From IMG/VR virus record IMGVR_UViG_3300044691_000566, positions 32,001 through 96,000 of that record: a stretch of 64,000 nucleotides of DNA. One strand, written 5' to 3'. Below are positions 62,169 through 64,000 of this stretch, one piece after another. Positions within the stretch are counted from its first letter, which is position 1; each line of letters starts with the position of its first letter. This stretch comes from a virus. A program made the position numbers and the translations under genes. Under the pieces are notes generated by a model. It made no database searches. It worked only from the letters and a program-made list of their open reading frames with translations, and was not told the origin of the DNA.

Positions 62169-64000
62169 ATGCTCAAGTACGCGAGCGCCCAGATCATGAC
62201 GGCCGTGATGGCCCCGCAGGACGCGGGCCGCCGTGAGCTGCGCCGGTTCAGCCACCGGCACCACTTTTCGTATGAGGTGCGACCCGGGTACCTGTACGTG
62301 CGCTCTCGCGCCATCTCCAGCCGCTGCAACGACAACTTCGACGAATTCCCCGCCGAAGAACTCGAAAAGGGATACCGGACTTTCATCGGCAAGCCGGTCT
62401 TCGTCAATCATTCGAACGAGGACCACCGCCGGGCCCGGGGTGTGATTATCGACGCGGTCCTGCACAAGGACAGCAACCGCGACGGAACGAAAGACTGGTG
62501 GGTCGAAGTCCTCCAGGAGGTCGACGCCCTGCGCTTCCCCCGCCTGGCCGCCGAGATCCTCAACGGCAACATCGCGCGGACTTCGATGGGCACCGACGTG
62601 TCCCACAGCATCTGCTCCGCCTGCGGCAACCGGGCCACCACTCCCGCCGAATACTGCACGCACATTCCGGCATCAAAAGGAATGATGCTCTACCGGACCA
62701 CCGCGTCCGGCCAGAAGGTCGGCGAAGTCATCCGCGAGACCTGCTACGGCCTGAAGTTCTTCGAGAACTCGCTGCTCGTGGAGCCCCCGGCGGATCCGAC
62801 GGCGTATTTCACCGGGGTGGACGACCGGGGCCTGAAGGGCACCGCCATCCAGCGCGACCAGGCATCCCGCGCCGCCGACCCCTTCTTCTATGCCTCCACC
62901 CAGAAGACCGCCGCGCAGGTCCCGGGGCTGTCCTGGGACGAGGTCGGTGAGCGGCACCCCGAGATCTACGGCGACTCGGAGATCCACGGGGAGCGCGCCG
63001 AGGGCGCTGACGGGGAGATGATCGGCTCGGCGGCCAACGACCTGGCCCACTCCACGCCGGACGACCCCGACGCCGAGGCGCACTCGATCCACGACCTGAC
63101 CTTCCACCGCGCGATGATCGACCCGCACGCCATCGACCACAAGCGGAACGGCATCAGCGACGGCCGGGTGGCCTCCGCCATCCAGGGCTACAGGGAGCAC
63201 CCGGAGCAGATGCCGCCGGTCGTGCTCGTGCACCGGCACGGCGTCTTCCAGGTCGCCGACGGCCACCACCGCACCGAGGCCGCCAAGGCTGTGGGAATGA
63301 GCAAGATCCCCGCCTACGTGACCAAGTCGCCCTACCCCCGCACGCCCAGCGGCTGGGATGCCAAGGGCCCCTACCACGGGGCGGAGACGACCCGCTGGAG
63401 CCCGCCGCAGGTCCGGCCCAGGAAGGACCCGGGGCAGACTCCCGAAAGTTCCGGGTACACCCAGGACCGCATGTTCGAGGCCGCGAAGAAGGACCCCCGC
63501 TTCGCCGAAGTCGGCCTGAAGCAGGACGACAAGGGCCACTACGTGACGACGCACCGTGCGCGCTCCGACTCCTACCCGACCCCCGAAGCCATCCCCCAAT
63601 CGGTCGTGGACAAGATCGCCGCCACTGGCTCCCGCACCACCCTGGACGAGCTGATGACCGAGGGCACCAAGCAGGCCGCCCAGCAGTACCCCAACCCAGC
63701 GGACCACCCGTGGTTCAAGGAGGCCGGGCTCAGTCACGAAAACGTCATCCACCACTGGGACCTGGCCTCCCCCGAGGAGAAGGCACAGGGCAAGCGCTGG
63801 TACCCCGACGCGCACCTGGTGGCTCGATCCATTGCCCGACTGGACACCCGCATCAAGACCGACAAGGAGGCCGCCCACAAGGGCGGCGGGGTCCTGAGCG
63901 CGTACAGCCCGCAGCAGAACTGGTGGGCCAACCAGCACAACGCGGCGCGGTCCTTCCACGAGCAGCGGGCCCTGGGCAAGGGCGAAGGCATCATGATCAT
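62169..64000 (+). CDS. prohead maturation protease fused to ParB/Srx-like and further domains (3' truncated; absent from the ORF track)
   Basis: Translated by hand: N.N.D.F...EL...Y.TFIGKPVFVNH...G.I.D...TSMG.....CS.CGN...YC.H...FFE.S..V.PPAD; later PPVVLV...VADGHHR. Confidence 0.8.
   Translation, partial: MLKYASAQIMTAVMAPQDAGRRELRRFSHRHHFSYEVRPGYLYVRSRAISSRCNDNFDEFPAEELEKGYRTFIGKPVFVNHSNEDHRRARGVIIDAVLHKDSNRDGTKDWWVEVLQEVDALRFPRLAAEILNGNIARTSMGTDVSHSICSACGNRATTPAEYCTHIPASKGMMLYRTTASGQKVGEVIRETCYGLKFFENSLLVEPPADPTAYFTGVDDRGLKGTAIQRDQASRAADPFFYASTQKTAAQVPGLSWDEVGERHPEIYGDSEIHGERAEGADGEMIGSAANDLAHSTPDDPDAEAHSIHDLTFHRAMIDPHAIDHKRNGISDGRVASAIQGYREHPEQMPPVVLVHRHGVFQVADGHHRTEAAKAVGMSKIPAYVTKSPYPRTPSGWDAKGPYHGAETTRWSPPQVRPRKDPGQTPESSGYTQDRMFEAAKKDPRFAEVGLKQDDKGHYVTTHRARSDSYPTPEAIPQSVVDKIAATGSRTTLDELMTEGTKQAAQQYPNPADHPWFKEAGLSHENVIHHWDLASPEEKAQGKRWYPDAHLVARSIARLDTRIKTDKEAAHKGGGVLSAYSPQQNWWANQHNAARSFHEQRALGKGEGIMI

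Noticed and set aside
62640-62700. Frameshift in the protease gene
   Set aside because: Hand translation shows one continuous frame from 62169 to the window end; the track omits it only because there is no stop codon.

Overview
A 64-kb segment of a large, high-GC actinobacteriophage. The host is probably Streptomyces-like, judged from the HU protein, the GH25 endolysin and HrdB-type promoters. Nearly all genes are on the + strand. Positions ~1-40.5 kb are an accessory early/middle region of small genes arranged in terminator+promoter cassettes. It contains RNA/tRNA repair enzymes (RlaP-like nucleotidyltransferase, RNA ligase, Thg1-like), four canonical tRNAs (Asn, Phe, Leu, fMet), at least five tRNA-like RNAs without a normal anticodon arm, candidate counter-defence genes (DUF2829/Tad2-like, three tandem antitoxin-like paralogues, MbcA/ParS-like domain), NlpC/P60, HU, a MazG-like enzyme and dCTP deaminase. 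Positions ~40.7-64 kb are a late/virion region: putative head proteins, portal, a double beta-helix spike, a 1700-aa multi-effector protein (GNAT, ADP-ribosyltransferase, SWIM), a lysis cassette and a prohead-protease fusion that runs off the end. The best candidate for an undescribed system is a set of head polyproteins whose enzyme domains are separated by a recurring [K/R/H]-x-A motif, the inferred maturation-protease cut site. Other strong signals are the anticodon-less tRNA mimics with a conserved pseudoknot leader, a four-copy hairpin-(NNGCC)n-box element, and a bipartite late motif TGTC-N20-RAAGGGGTG. All protein calls come from motif recognition by eye; no database search was run.
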